Counted from the stretch's first letter, positions 11,931 through 22,110 are shown. The stretch is DNA of 64,000 nucleotides from Macrostomum hystrix (GCA_950097015.1 CATNEN010000034.1:7502001-7566000), one strand, 5' to 3'. Notes: generated by a model not told the origin, from the sequence alone. Numbers and translations: made by a program.

Positions 11931-12221
11931 TGCTCTGATGATTGAATCTGTTTAATGATTTCTTGCTGCATTGCATAGCTCCCGAGGTAGCCTGGATCTA
12001 TATTGAACTTCTGCTTACAGAGCCATTGCAGAACTTTACTTTTCTGCTGAAAATAAGAGGCTCGAGGATAATTATTTTGAAAGAAGGATTCGACATTTTT
12101 TTCTCCGGGTTTGCTTTAGGCGTTTTTTAATGAAAAATAAAAATAATAAATTATGGGGTGGTCACCCTCAAGTGACGTGTAAAGTATGAGGCTAGCATGA
12201 GACGCAGATTCTGTTCTGTTT

Positions 12222-12578
12222 TCACATCCGGAGTATTGTAAATCCTGCTTTATGCAGTGTCATGATGGCTTTAACGATTTCTGATTTGCTGACTGAAGTG
12301 TCAACTGATTCATCAACTGATTCATCAACTGATTCACAACTACCCATTCCGATTCTGACTCCTTTTTCTCTAGCGATTTTCTCCATCTCTCGTTGATGTG
12401 CTCTGTCATTGCCGACCTTCACAGCTGATGCAACTCCGCCGGCTACACCTCCTGCAGCACCAAGAGCGCCTGCGATGATGGGGATAAGAGTTAGCAAAGG
12501 AAGAATCCCGCCTGTCTTCTCATCAGTGATATTGTGTGTTTGATTGCTACAATAGATTAGATACTGTATGTACATCAA
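12222..12578 (-). CDS. Adenovirus pX-like virion protein of a Polinton/adintovirus
   Basis: KTGG|ILPLLTLIPIIAGALGAAGGVAGGVASAV resembles the adenovirus pX C-terminal segment (GG|ILPLLIPLIAAAIGA) with an adenain-type GG cleavage site. Lies directly after the integrase. Confidence 0.7.
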   Translation of the reverse strand: MMYIQYLIYCSNQTHNITDEKTGGILPLLTLIPIIAGALGAAGGVAGGVASAVKVGNDRAHQREMEKIAREKGVRIGMGSCESVDESVDESVDTSVSKSEIVKAIMTLHKAGFTILRM

Positions 12579-13336
12579 GACTAAAGTATGGGTCTGTTGC
12601 TCTTCTCTTTGCGTCCTTCTCCAGCTCTTCGGGTAAGTAAAGGAAGCGAACGAATTCAGAGTTAGTAAGAACTTCCGGAGAATAAACGCCAGGGGGCTTT
12701 GGATAGTGAGGGATAGGGATCTGAGTCATCTGACGTTTTGATTCAACTGTGTCTTGTTTGATGGCAGTATTTGGTTTCAGGTTTGTCATTCGAGATACTT
12801 CATTGTTCAGTTGACTTATTACTGCGGGAGTCTTTCTGTCCACTTGGTACAGTATTGGCCAATTTTTAGTTTCAGCTCTTCAGCTGTCTGCTTTGTAAAC
12901 AGTAAGGGATTTGACTGCACCCATGAATTCTTTGCCAGGATCAGTCATAAAGGTTTGGGGGTGTGTGAGCGGTGAGTTTTTGTAAATATCTTGGAGGGCA
13001 GCTGCAACTGCTTCTGACCTCATAGTCTTAAGCGGTCTCGCTTCTTTATATCTGGAGGCAATGTCTATAACTGTGAGAGCATACTTGTAGCCTGAGTCAT
13101 TGGGGAGAAACAGAAGATCTGCTTGGTGCGCTTCATTTAGCTTATATATGTTAAAGTGTGGTCTTGTAAATTTAACAGGTGGGAAATAGACTTGGTAAAC
13201 TGCTTGCTTAGAGAGCCATCTTTTTCAACTGTTTGTTTTGATTCATTACTTAGTTCCGTTAGTTTGGTGACTGCATTTTTCCTACAAAGAATCCTCTGTC
13301 GCTGTAGTAGAGCTTTTGGAGTTTCTGATCTGTCAT
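12547..13336 (-). pseudogene. Polinton/adintovirus retroviral-type integrase, frameshifted and internally deleted
   Basis: MTDQKLQKLYYSDRGF...WLSKQAVYQVYFPP...RPHF...NEAHQADLLFLPNDSGYKYALTVIDIASRYKEA...TDPGKEFMGAV...LNNEVSRMTNLKP...VRFLYLPEELE...RRATDP are characteristic Maverick integrase motifs. The segment carrying the catalytic Glu is missing. Confidence 0.88.
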
Positions 13337-13362
13337 TATTTTTTTTAAATTTTTTTATTAAA

Positions 13363-13672
13363 ATGGTGCAACGCTCTGGAGGTAACTTAGACTCACATGG
13401 GCTGGTAGAAAAGCTTCCTCATCCAAGCAAAGGCTGGACAATTCCCGGCTACAGATATTGCGGTCCTTTAAATCCGCTTGGGGACTTCAAGCGGGTGGAG
13501 GGAATCGATCGCTCGGAAGCTAGTTAAAGCTGTTATTTTTGGTAAGACAAAGTTGGGGTTGGGGCTTGGCGGCTGTTTGGGGGAAGGAAGCGGAATTGGC
13601 TTTATATTGCATGCTCCAGGTAAACAACAAGGAGTTCTGCTGAAAGAACTGGGGGTTGAGAGAGCAGAATGA
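13363..13672 (+). pseudogene. Parvovirus-type phospholipase A2 (adintovirus PLA2X-like) with the catalytic helix deleted
   Basis: TIPGYRYCGPLNPL matches the Ca-binding loop PGYxYxGPxN. A frameshift then leads to SSGWRESIARKLVKAVIFGKTKLGLG. The HDxxY catalytic motif expected between them is absent. Confidence 0.75.
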
Positions 13673-14155
13673 TTAAAGAAAATTCAGCTCATTTCGCCCG
13701 CGCACGTTCTTCGTCACGCATGATACTCCACTGTTGCGGCTGCTGATTTCATCATGTTGCAAGTTTATTCATTTTTTCCTGACAATCCTGCGGTTAAAGA
13801 CACAATGCGCGCACGAATACCTAGTAAGTATAAATATAAGTATAAATAATTGGCTTTATATCTGTAACACACTAAAAGTGGGGAACGAACCTCGCGCTGG
13901 CAGACCGAGACGGGTTTCTGGCTTGTTTGCCTTCGTCAGTCAGCCATAGCCACACGCCGTCCTCTCCCACCACTATCAGTGTGCACAGAAGTCTCTTTTA
14001 ACCTTGCCATTTTCTATGGCGATATTTTTTTTGTGTTATGTGAGAGTTTTGCAGCCAAGTCCTTCCTTTTCTACTGTTGTCAGTAGTCTGAATTGTATCT
14101 CTCACACTAACAACCCTGGAAGAACTCTGCCCTACACGAATTTGCTGTACACGAA

Positions 14156-14326
14156 ATGAGCACGAGGAAAGTGCTTGCTTGCTTGATTGTAATTGTTTTC
14201 TCTATTCTGAACGCCAGTCAATCTCATGCAAAAATTTCGACAGCCGACCTTTCACGCCACCAGTGCTTCTCTGTGATCACTTGCAGGCAACGCTCGAAGC
14301 ACAGCAATTGCGAAGTGAAGCACTGA
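14156..14326 (+). CDS. Candidate 56-aa secreted Cys-containing peptide, copy 1
   Basis: MSTRKVLACLIVIVFSILNASQSHA-KISTADLSRHQCFSVITCRQRSKHSNCEVKH*: basic N-region, hydrophobic core and S-H-A cleavage-like site. Same protein at 21031-21201. No expression evidence. Confidence 0.35.
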   Translation: MSTRKVLACLIVIVFSILNASQSHAKISTADLSRHQCFSVITCRQRSKHSNCEVKH

Positions 14327-14620
14327 ACGAAAAGCAAAACACTTTCCACTTGTTTTTTTAAAATGATTTCCTTCTAAGAAAAATTTTTGTATCTGATAGC
14401 GGTTTCAAATTTCTGTTTAAAATATGTATCCAACTGGAAGCAAAGGCACATGCACAGAGATACTCCCGAGGAGAAAATCACGTTAAAATTTCCTTATTGA
14501 TTGCAACGCAACCACAACGTTATCTGCATTCCTGAAGGTAAAACTATGGTTCCTGGGAAAGAAACAGTTTTCTCTGCTCGTCTGCGCTTAACGTTGAAAA
14601 TTCCAATCCAACAAAAGCTC

Positions 14621-14627
14621 TATATAA
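14621..14627 (+). promoter_or_regulatory. TATA box (TATATAA) with upstream CCAAT of the secreted-protein gene
   Basis: TTCCAAT-N-AAAAGCTCTATATAAGCTT lies ~78 nt upstream of the ATG. The same motif is at 16295, 23365, 30964, 50598 and 62331; it reads TATAGAA at 21496. Confidence 0.7.
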
Positions 14628-14698
14628 GCTTCTGAGAAATTCAAATCAAACTCCAATTTCTCGATTCGTTTATTGAAACTGCCAGAAATTGAATTGGA

Positions 14699-15235
14699 AT
14701 GCCCAATCAAAGCAGTTCTGTCATCCTACTGACGCTGGTCCTGCTGGCACTCTGCCTAGCACTGCCTCTTGCAGCTTCGAAACGCGCAGTCATCAGCCAA
14801 AGCTCGCTGGTTTCGCTGACCAATGTGCGAACTGGGAACCGCATGAATGTTAATCAAGAGTCATATAGTTGTTGGGCATGTGTAAATAGGTTTTTTTTGG
14901 ACGTCATAAAAGGTAAGCCAGCCTCATTCCGATTCGAAGACGCCTGGCATGGCTCTAAGAAGATCCTCCTCGTTGATTCTGGTGATAATAAGAGCTACGC
15001 ACAATGCGGCAACGCGGACACAGTCTTCCTTAGAAAAGGAGACGATGATCGTGGTCAGATGTGGTTCATTGTGAATCAGAACAACTCTATGAACATCAAA
15101 GATAGCGACATTGTGACCATCATAAATATGTACTGGACTAACGCCTACATTGTTGACAAATCGCCACACCGATCATCTCGTATTGCCTGCGAAAATGATA
15201 ATAAAGATAAATGGAAGGTCACTGCAATCAATTAG
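14699..15235 (+). CDS. Secreted beta-trefoil-like protein, type A copy 1 (178 aa)
   Basis: Signal peptide MPNQSSSVILLTLVLLALCLALPLAAS. Three ~45-50-aa pseudo-repeats ending FRF, QMWFI and KWKV. Conserved Cys in AQCGN and IAC. Intronless, with an upstream TATA. The fold is inferred. Confidence 0.85.
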   Translation: MPNQSSSVILLTLVLLALCLALPLAASKRAVISQSSLVSLTNVRTGNRMNVNQESYSCWACVNRFFLDVIKGKPASFRFEDAWHGSKKILLVDSGDNKSYAQCGNADTVFLRKGDDDRGQMWFIVNQNNSMNIKDSDIVTIINMYWTNAYIVDKSPHRSSRIACENDNKDKWKVTAIN

Positions 15236-15496
15236 TGAGACCTGGAACTCTTAGAAATAGACTGCTCTCGCCAGTTGTTCGAATCGTGGTCCAGAATATC
15301 TTTCTTTTAGCTGAAATATCTTTTGTTTTTCTTCGCACGACTAAAATTAAAAAAACGCAAGACATAATTTTTTACTGCTAAATTGCAACAATAATGTCGG
15401 ATTATAGGAATAATTAATAGATCGCAAGCTTTGGCTCTGGCCCTCAACTGTTGGTTTGTCAGCGAACAAGACTTGACTTGAGTTCTCCAGCTTACA

Positions 15497-15946
15497 AGTC
15501 CCAAACTGGGAGGATTGATTCCCAATCTGCCAGGGTTAAATCCCAAACTGGATAGACTTGACTCCCAGACTAGGAGGATTTGAATTTCAAACTAGGAGGA
15601 TTTGAATTTCAAACTAGGAGGATTTGAATTTCAAACTAGGAGGATTGGATTCCAAACTGAGAGGATTGAATTGTAAACTGGGAGGATTGGATTCCAAACT
15701 GAGAGGATTGAATTGTAAACTGGGAGGATTGAATCCCAAACTGGGAGTATTCGAATCCTAAACTGGGAGTATTCGAATCCCAAACTGGGAGTATTCGAAT
15801 CCCAAACTGGGAGTATTCGAATCTTAAACTGGGAGTATTCGAATCTTAAACTGGGAGTATTCGAATCCTAAACTGGGAGTATTCGAATCCCAAACTGGGA
15901 GTAATCAAATCCCAAACTGGGAGTATTCGAATCCCAAACTGGGAGT
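15497..15946 (+). repeat. 21-bp minisatellite array S1
   Basis: Units AATCCCAAACTGGGAGGATTG and AATCCCAAACTGGGAGTATTCG. Confidence 0.95.
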
Positions 15947-16372
15947 ATCACTTGCAGGCAACGCTTGAAGCACAGCGATTGCGAAGTGAAGCACTGAACG
16001 AAAAGCAAGAAAAGTTTCTCACTTGTTTTTTTTCAAGAATTTCTTTCTAAGAAATATGTTTGTATCTGATAGCGGTTTCAAATTTTAGTTGAAAATCTGT
16101 ATCCGACTTAAAGCAAAGGCATATGCACAGAGATACTCCTGAGGAGTGAACCAGATTAAAATTTTCCTTATTGATTGCAACGCAACCACAACGTCATCTG
16201 CATTCCTGAAGGTAAAAATATAGTTCCTAGGAATGAAAATGTTTTCTCTGCTCGTCTGCGCTTAACGTTGAAAATTCCAATCAACCAAAAGCTCTATATA
16301 AGCTTCTGAGAAATTCGAATCAAACTATAATTTCTCGATTCGTTTATTGAAACTGCCAGATATTGAATTGGA

Positions 16373-16906
16373 ATGCCCAATCAAAGCAGTTCTGTCATCC
16401 TACTGACGCTGGTCCTGCTGGCACTCTGCCTAGCACTGCCTCTTGCAGCTTCGAAACGCGCAGTCATCAGCCAAAGCTCGCTGGTTACGCTGATCAATGT
16501 GCGAACAGGGAACCGCATGAATGTTGGTTACAATGGTTGGTTATTTTTGGTCGCAACCGGTAAGGTCGCAACCGGTAAGCCAGCCTCATTCCGATTCGAA
16601 GACGCCTGGCATGGCTCTAAGAAGATCCTCCTCGACAATCCTGGTTATATTAAAGACATCTATGCACAATGCGGCAATGGCTATGCAATCTACCTTCAAA
16701 AAGGAGCCGCTGATCGTGGTCAGATGTGGTTCATTGTGAATCAGGACAACTCTATGAACATCAAAGATGGCGACATTGTGACCATCAGGAATATGTACTG
16801 GAGTCACGCCTACATTGTTGACACATCGCAGAAGGGATCATCTTTTAGCAGTATTGCCTGCCAGAATTATATTAAAGATAAATGGAAGGTCACTTTAATC
16901 AATTAG
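16373..16906 (+). CDS. Secreted beta-trefoil-like protein, type B copy 1 (177 aa)
   Basis: Same signal peptide and framework as 14699-15235 with different loops; TATA at 16295. Confidence 0.85.
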   Translation: MPNQSSSVILLTLVLLALCLALPLAASKRAVISQSSLVTLINVRTGNRMNVGYNGWLFLVATGKVATGKPASFRFEDAWHGSKKILLDNPGYIKDIYAQCGNGYAIYLQKGAADRGQMWFIVNQDNSMNIKDGDIVTIRNMYWSHAYIVDTSQKGSSFSSIACQNYIKDKWKVTLIN

Positions 16907-17484
16907 TGAGACCCGGAACTCTTACAAATTAACTGCTCTCGTCAGTTGTTCGAATCGTGGTACAAAATATCTTTATTCTAGCTGAAATCTCTTTTTATTT
17001 TCTTCGCACTGCGACAAACAAAGTAGAAACTGCAACAATGAAATCGGATTCAAAATCTGATTCGAAAATGAAGCGCGCACAATCGATACTATTGCTCAGT
17101 GTGAGTTGTTGGTGGTGTAGAAATTATGCGATGGGAAGTTCACGATTAAAATTTTATTGAAATTAATAAAATTAATCTTAAACACACATTGACATTTCGT
17201 ACATGTGTCCTTGGACATTTCTTCCGTCTCTCTTTGTACATTCACTGAATGTGTCCTTGGACATCCCCTCAGTGTGCTTTTGGATGTTTCCTCAGTGTCA
17301 TACCACATGGACTTAGCATAGGACGAGATCCATTTCGATTTCAATACAAATCTGTTAAAACTACTCGTGAGTTTAGCATTTGTGCAAAGTTGAGCCAATA
17401 AACAAATGAATTCTAACTTTCAGTCAACCAAGGACTGTAGTTATGAAAGTTCATTGTGAAGGCATGCCGTTTTTAAAGCAGGGA

Positions 17485-18597
17485 AAGCTGAGAGGATTGA
17501 ATCCCAAACTGGGAGGCTTGAATCCCAAACTGGGAGGGTTGAATCCCAAGCTGGGAGTATTGGATTCCAAGCTGTGAGGGTTGAATCCCAAACTGGTAGG
17601 ATTTAATCCCAAATTGGGAGGATTTAATCCCAAATTGGGAGTATTGGATTCCAAGCTGAGAGAATTGAATCCCAAACTGGGAGGACTGGATTCCAAGCTG
17701 AGAGAATTGAATCCCAAACTGGGAGGATTGGATTCCAAGCTGAGAGAACTGAATCCCAAATTGGGAGGATTGGATTCCAAGCTGAGAGGATTAAATCCCA
17801 AACTGGGAGGACTGGATTCCAAGCTGAGAGGATTAAATCCCAAACTGGGAGGATTGGATTCCAAGCTGAGAGGATTAAATCCCAAACTGGGAGGATTGGA
17901 TTCCAAGCTGAGAGGATTAAATCCCAAACTGGGAGGATTGGATTCCAAGCTGAGAGGATTGAATCCCAAACTGGGAGGATTGGATTCCAAGCTGAGAGGA
18001 TTAAATCGCAAACTGGGAGGACTGGATTCCAAGCTGAGAGGATTAAATCCCAAACTGGGAGGATTGAATTCCAAACTGGGAGGATTGAATCACCAAAAAC
18101 TGGAAGGTTGAATCCCAATATGGGAGGATTGAATCCCAAGCTGGGGGGATTGAATCCCAAACTGGGAGGGTTGAATCCCAAACTGGGAGGATTTGACTCC
18201 AAGCTGAGAGAATTGAATCCCAAACTCAAAGGATTGAATTCCAAACTGGGAGGATTGAATTCCAAACTGGGAGGATTGAATTCCACATTGGGAGGATTGA
18301 ATCCCAAACTGGGAGGATTTGACTCCAAGCTGAGAGAATTGAATCCCAAACTCGAAGGATTGAATTCCAAACTGGGAGGATTGAATTCCAAACTGGGAGG
18401 ATTGAATTCCAAATTGGGAGGATTGAATCCCAAACTGGGAGGATTGATTTCCAAACTGGGAGGATTGAATTCCAAACTGGGAGGATTGAATCCCAAACTG
18501 GGAGGATTTGACTCCAAGCTGAGAGAATTGAATCCCAAACTCGAAGGATTGAATTCCAAACTGGGAGGATTGAATTCCAAACTGGGAGGATTGAATC
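17485..18597 (+). repeat. 21-bp minisatellite array S2 with 42-bp dimeric higher-order units
   Basis: Alternating ...AATCCCAAACTGGGAGGATTG / GATTCCAAGCTGAGAGGATT... units. Confidence 0.95.
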
Positions 18598-18656
18598 TGA
18601 TGTTTGAAGCTGATTAATAATATCTTGCTGCATTGCCTAGCCCCCAATGTAGCCTG

Positions 18657-18901
18657 TGTGGTGACGTGACTCTGCTTGCGACTGGCTAAGGCAGGTGTGT
18701 TGCGCACCTGCCCGGCATGTTGTCTAATTATTTTTAATGTACTGTGTATGTGCGTGCTTTGAATATTTTTCTTTTTTGTGCACGCGCGGAGTCAGTAGCT
18801 CCACCCCTAATACTGCTATCGATTTGATGAATATAAAAGTCGCTGTTTCATCTCGTTGAGAGGTTGAGATTCGTTCTACAATCTTAAGCCAGGTCTCTAC
18901 A
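18657..18901 (+). mobile_element. Solo LTR, 245 bp
   Basis: TGTGG...CTACA termini and 5-bp target duplication GCCTG (18652-18656 / 18902-18906). The paralogous site at 11990-11994 is empty, with a single GCCTG. Confidence 0.85.
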
Positions 18902-19121
18902 GCCTGGATCTATATTGAACTTCTGCTTACAGAGCTCTCGCAGAAATTTACTTTTCTGCTGAAAAGAGGAGTCTCGAGGATAATTATTTTTAAAGAAAGA
19001 TTCGACAATTTTTTGCAGGGTTTGCTTTAGGCGTTTTTTATGAAAAAAAATTATAGGTTGGTCACCCTTAAGTGACGTGTAAAGTATGAGGCTAGCATGA
19101 GACGCAGATTCTGTTCTGTTT

Positions 19122-20547
19122 TCACATCCGGAGTATTGTAAATCCTGCTTTATGCAGCTTCATGATGGCTTTAACGATTTCTGATTTGCTGAATGATTCA
19201 TCAACTGATTCACAACTACCCATTCCGATTCTGACTCTTTTTCTCTAGCGATTTTCTCCATCTCTCGTTGATGTGCTCTGTCATTGCCGGCCTTCACAGC
19301 TGATGCAACTCCGCCGGCTACACCTCCTGCAGCACCAAGAGCGCCTGCGATGATGGGGATAAGAGTTAGCAAAGGAAGAATCCTGCCTGTCTTCTCATCA
19401 GTGATATTGTGTGTTTGATTGCTACAATAGATTAGATACTGTATGTACATCAAGACTAAAGTATGGGTCTGTTGCTCTTCTCTTTGCGTCCTTCTCCAGC
19501 TCTTCGGGTAAGTAAAGGAAGCGAACGAATTCAGAGTTAGTAAGAACTTCCGGAGAATAAACGCCAGGGGGCTTTGGATAGTGAGGGATAGGGATCTGAG
19601 TCATCTGACGTTTTGATTCAACTGTGTCTTGTTTGATGGCAGTATTTGGTTTCAGGTTTGTCATTCGAGATACTTCATTGTTCAGTTGACTTATTACTGC
19701 GGGAGTCTTTCTGTCCACTTGGTACAGTATTGGCCAATTTTTAGTTTCAGCTCTTCAGCTGTCTGCTTTGTAAACAGTAAGGGATTTGACTGCACCCATG
19801 AATTCTTTGCCAGGATCAGTCATAAAGGTTTGGGGGTGTGTGAGCGGTGAGTTTTTGTAAATATCTTGGAGGGCAGCTGCAACTGCTTCTGACCTCATAG
19901 TCTTAAGCGGTCTCGCTTCTTTATATCTGGAGGCAATGTCTATAACTGTGAGAGCATACTTGTAGCCTGAGTCATTGGGGAGAAACAGAAGATCTGCTTG
20001 GTGCGCTTCATTTAGCTTATATATGTTAAAGTGTGGTCTTGTAAATTTAACAGGTGGGAAATAGACTTGGTAAACTGCTTGCTTAGAGAGCCATCTTTTT
20101 CAACTGTTTGTTTTGATTCATTACTTAGTTCCGTTAGTTTGGTGACTGCATTTTTCCTACAAAGAATCCTCTGTCGCTGTAGTAGAGCTTTTGGAGTTTC
20201 TGATCTGTCATTATTTTTTTTAAATTTTTTTATTAAAATGGTGCAACGCTCTGGAGGTAACTTAGACTCACATGGGCTGGTAGAAAAGCTTCCTCATCCA
20301 AGCAAAGGCTGGACAATTCCCGGCTACAGATATTGCGGTCCTTTAAATCCGCTTGGGGACTTCAAGCGGGTGGAGGGAATCGATCGCTCGGAAGCTAGTT
20401 AAAGCTGTTATTTTTGGTAAGACAAAGTTGGGGTTGGGGCTTGGCGGCTGTTTGGGGGAAGGAAGCGGAATTGGCTTTATATTGCATGCTCCAGGTAAAC
20501 AACAAGGAGTTCTGCTGAAAGAACTGGGGGTTGAGAGAGCAGAATGA
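19122..20547. mobile_element. Second copy of the Polinton relic (pX-like, integrase 19422-20211 on minus, PLA2 20238-20547 on plus)
   Basis: Near-identical to 12222-13672 at an offset of ~6875 bp. Confidence 0.88.
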
Positions 20548-21030
20548 TTAAAGAAAATTCAGCTCATTTCGCCCGCGCACGTTCTTCGTCACGCATGATA
20601 CTCCACTGTTGCGGCTGCTGATTTCATCATGTTGCAAGTTTACTCATTTTTTCCTGACAATCCTGTGGTTAAAGACACAATACGCGCACGAATACCTAGT
20701 AAGTATAAATATAAGTATAAATAATTGGCTTTATATCTGTAACACACTAAAAGTGGGGAACGAACCTCGCGCTGGCAGACCGAGACGGGTTTCTGGCTTG
20801 TTTGCCTTCGTCAGTCAGCCATAGCCACACGCCGTCCTCTCCCACCACTATCAGTGTGCACAGAAGTCTCTTTTAACCTTGCCATTTTCTATGGCGATAT
20901 TTTTTTAGTGTTATGTGAGAATTTTGCAGCCAAGTCCTTCCTTTTCTACTGTTGTCAGTAGTCTGAATTGTATCTCTCACACTATCAACCCTGGAAGAAC
21001 TCTGCCCTACACGAATTTGCTGTACACGAA

Positions 21031-21201
21031 ATGAGCACGAGGAAAGTGCTTGCTTGCTTGATTGTAATTGTTTTCTCTATTCTGAACGCCAGTCAATCTC
21101 ATGCAAAAATTTCGACAGCCGACCTTTCACGCCACCAGTGCTTCTCTGTAATCACTTGCAGGCAACGCTCGAAGCACAGCAATTGCGAAGTGAAGCACTG
21201 A
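21031..21201 (+). CDS. Candidate 56-aa secreted peptide, copy 2
   Basis: Same protein as 14156-14326. Confidence 0.35.
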   Translation: MSTRKVLACLIVIVFSILNASQSHAKISTADLSRHQCFSVITCRQRSKHSNCEVKH

Positions 21202-21573
21202 ACGTAAAGCAAAACACTTTCCGCTTGTTTTTTTTTAATGATTTCCTTCTAAGAAAAATTTTTGTATCTGATAGCGGTTTCAAATTTTTGTTTAAAATCT
21301 GTATCCAACTGGAACCAAAGCCACATGCACAGAGATACTCCCGAGGAGAAAATCACGTTAAAATTTCCTTATTGATTGCAACGCAACCACAACGTTATCT
21401 GCATACCTGAAGGTAAAACTATGGTTCCTGGGAAAGAAACAGTTTTCTCTGCTCGTCTGCGCTTAACGTTGAAAATTCCAATCCAACAAAAACTCTATAG
21501 AAGCTTCTGAGAAATTCGAATCAAACTCCAATTTCTCGATTCGTTTATTGACACTGCCAGAAATTGAATTGGA

Positions 21574-22110
21574 ATGCCCAATCAAAGCAGTTCTGTCATC
21601 CTACTGACGCTGGTCCTGCTGGCACTCTGCCTAGCACTGCCTCTTGCAGCTTCGAAACGCGCAGTCATCAGCCAAAGCTCGCTGGTTTCGCTGACCAATG
21701 TGCGAACTGGGAACCGCATGAATGTTAATCAAGAGTCATATAGTTGTTGGGAATGTGTAAATAGGTTTTTTTTGGACGTCATAAAAGGTAAGCCAGCCTC
21801 ATTCCGATTCGAAGACGCCTGGCATGGCTCTAAGAAGATCCTCCTCGTTGATTCTGGTGATAATAAGAGCTACGCACAATGCGGCAACGCGGACACAGTC
21901 TTCCTTAGAAAAGGAGACGCTGATCGTGGTCAGATGTGGTTCATTGTGAATCAGAACAACTCTATGAACATCAAAGATGGCGACATTGTGACCATCAGGA
22001 ATATGTACTGGACTAACGCCTACATTGTTGACAAATCGCCACACCGATCATCTCGTATTGCCTGCGAAAATGATAATAAAGATAAATGGAAGGTCACTGC
22101 AATCAATTAG
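21574..22110 (+). CDS. Secreted beta-trefoil-like protein, type A copy 2 (178 aa)
   Basis: Four amino-acid differences from 14699-15235. Confidence 0.85.
   Translation: MPNQSSSVILLTLVLLALCLALPLAASKRAVISQSSLVSLTNVRTGNRMNVNQESYSCWECVNRFFLDVIKGKPASFRFEDAWHGSKKILLVDSGDNKSYAQCGNADTVFLRKGDADRGQMWFIVNQNNSMNIKDGDIVTIRNMYWTNAYIVDKSPHRSSRIACENDNKDKWKVTAIN

Noticed and set aside
13700-14150. Possible Polinton terminal inverted repeat
   Set aside because: No (AGT)n-type terminus or matching partner found.
16363-16563. Overlapping MNWNAQSKQFCHPTDAG ORFs
   Set aside because: Alternative frame of the signal-peptide region, starting at TTG.
17096-17398. Recurrent minus-strand ORF MAQLCTNAKLTSS... downstream of several genes
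   Set aside because: Its conservation is explained by recent duplication. The start is not an ATG, the length varies, and there is no recognisable domain.
17451-18707. Long repetitive ORFs (LNPKLGG, LDSKLGG, NPPSLGF, WDSILP) in all 21-bp arrays
   Set aside because: They follow from a 21-bp (7-codon) unit lacking stops. They are open in several frames on both strands, mostly start at non-ATG codons, and vary in length between duplicates.
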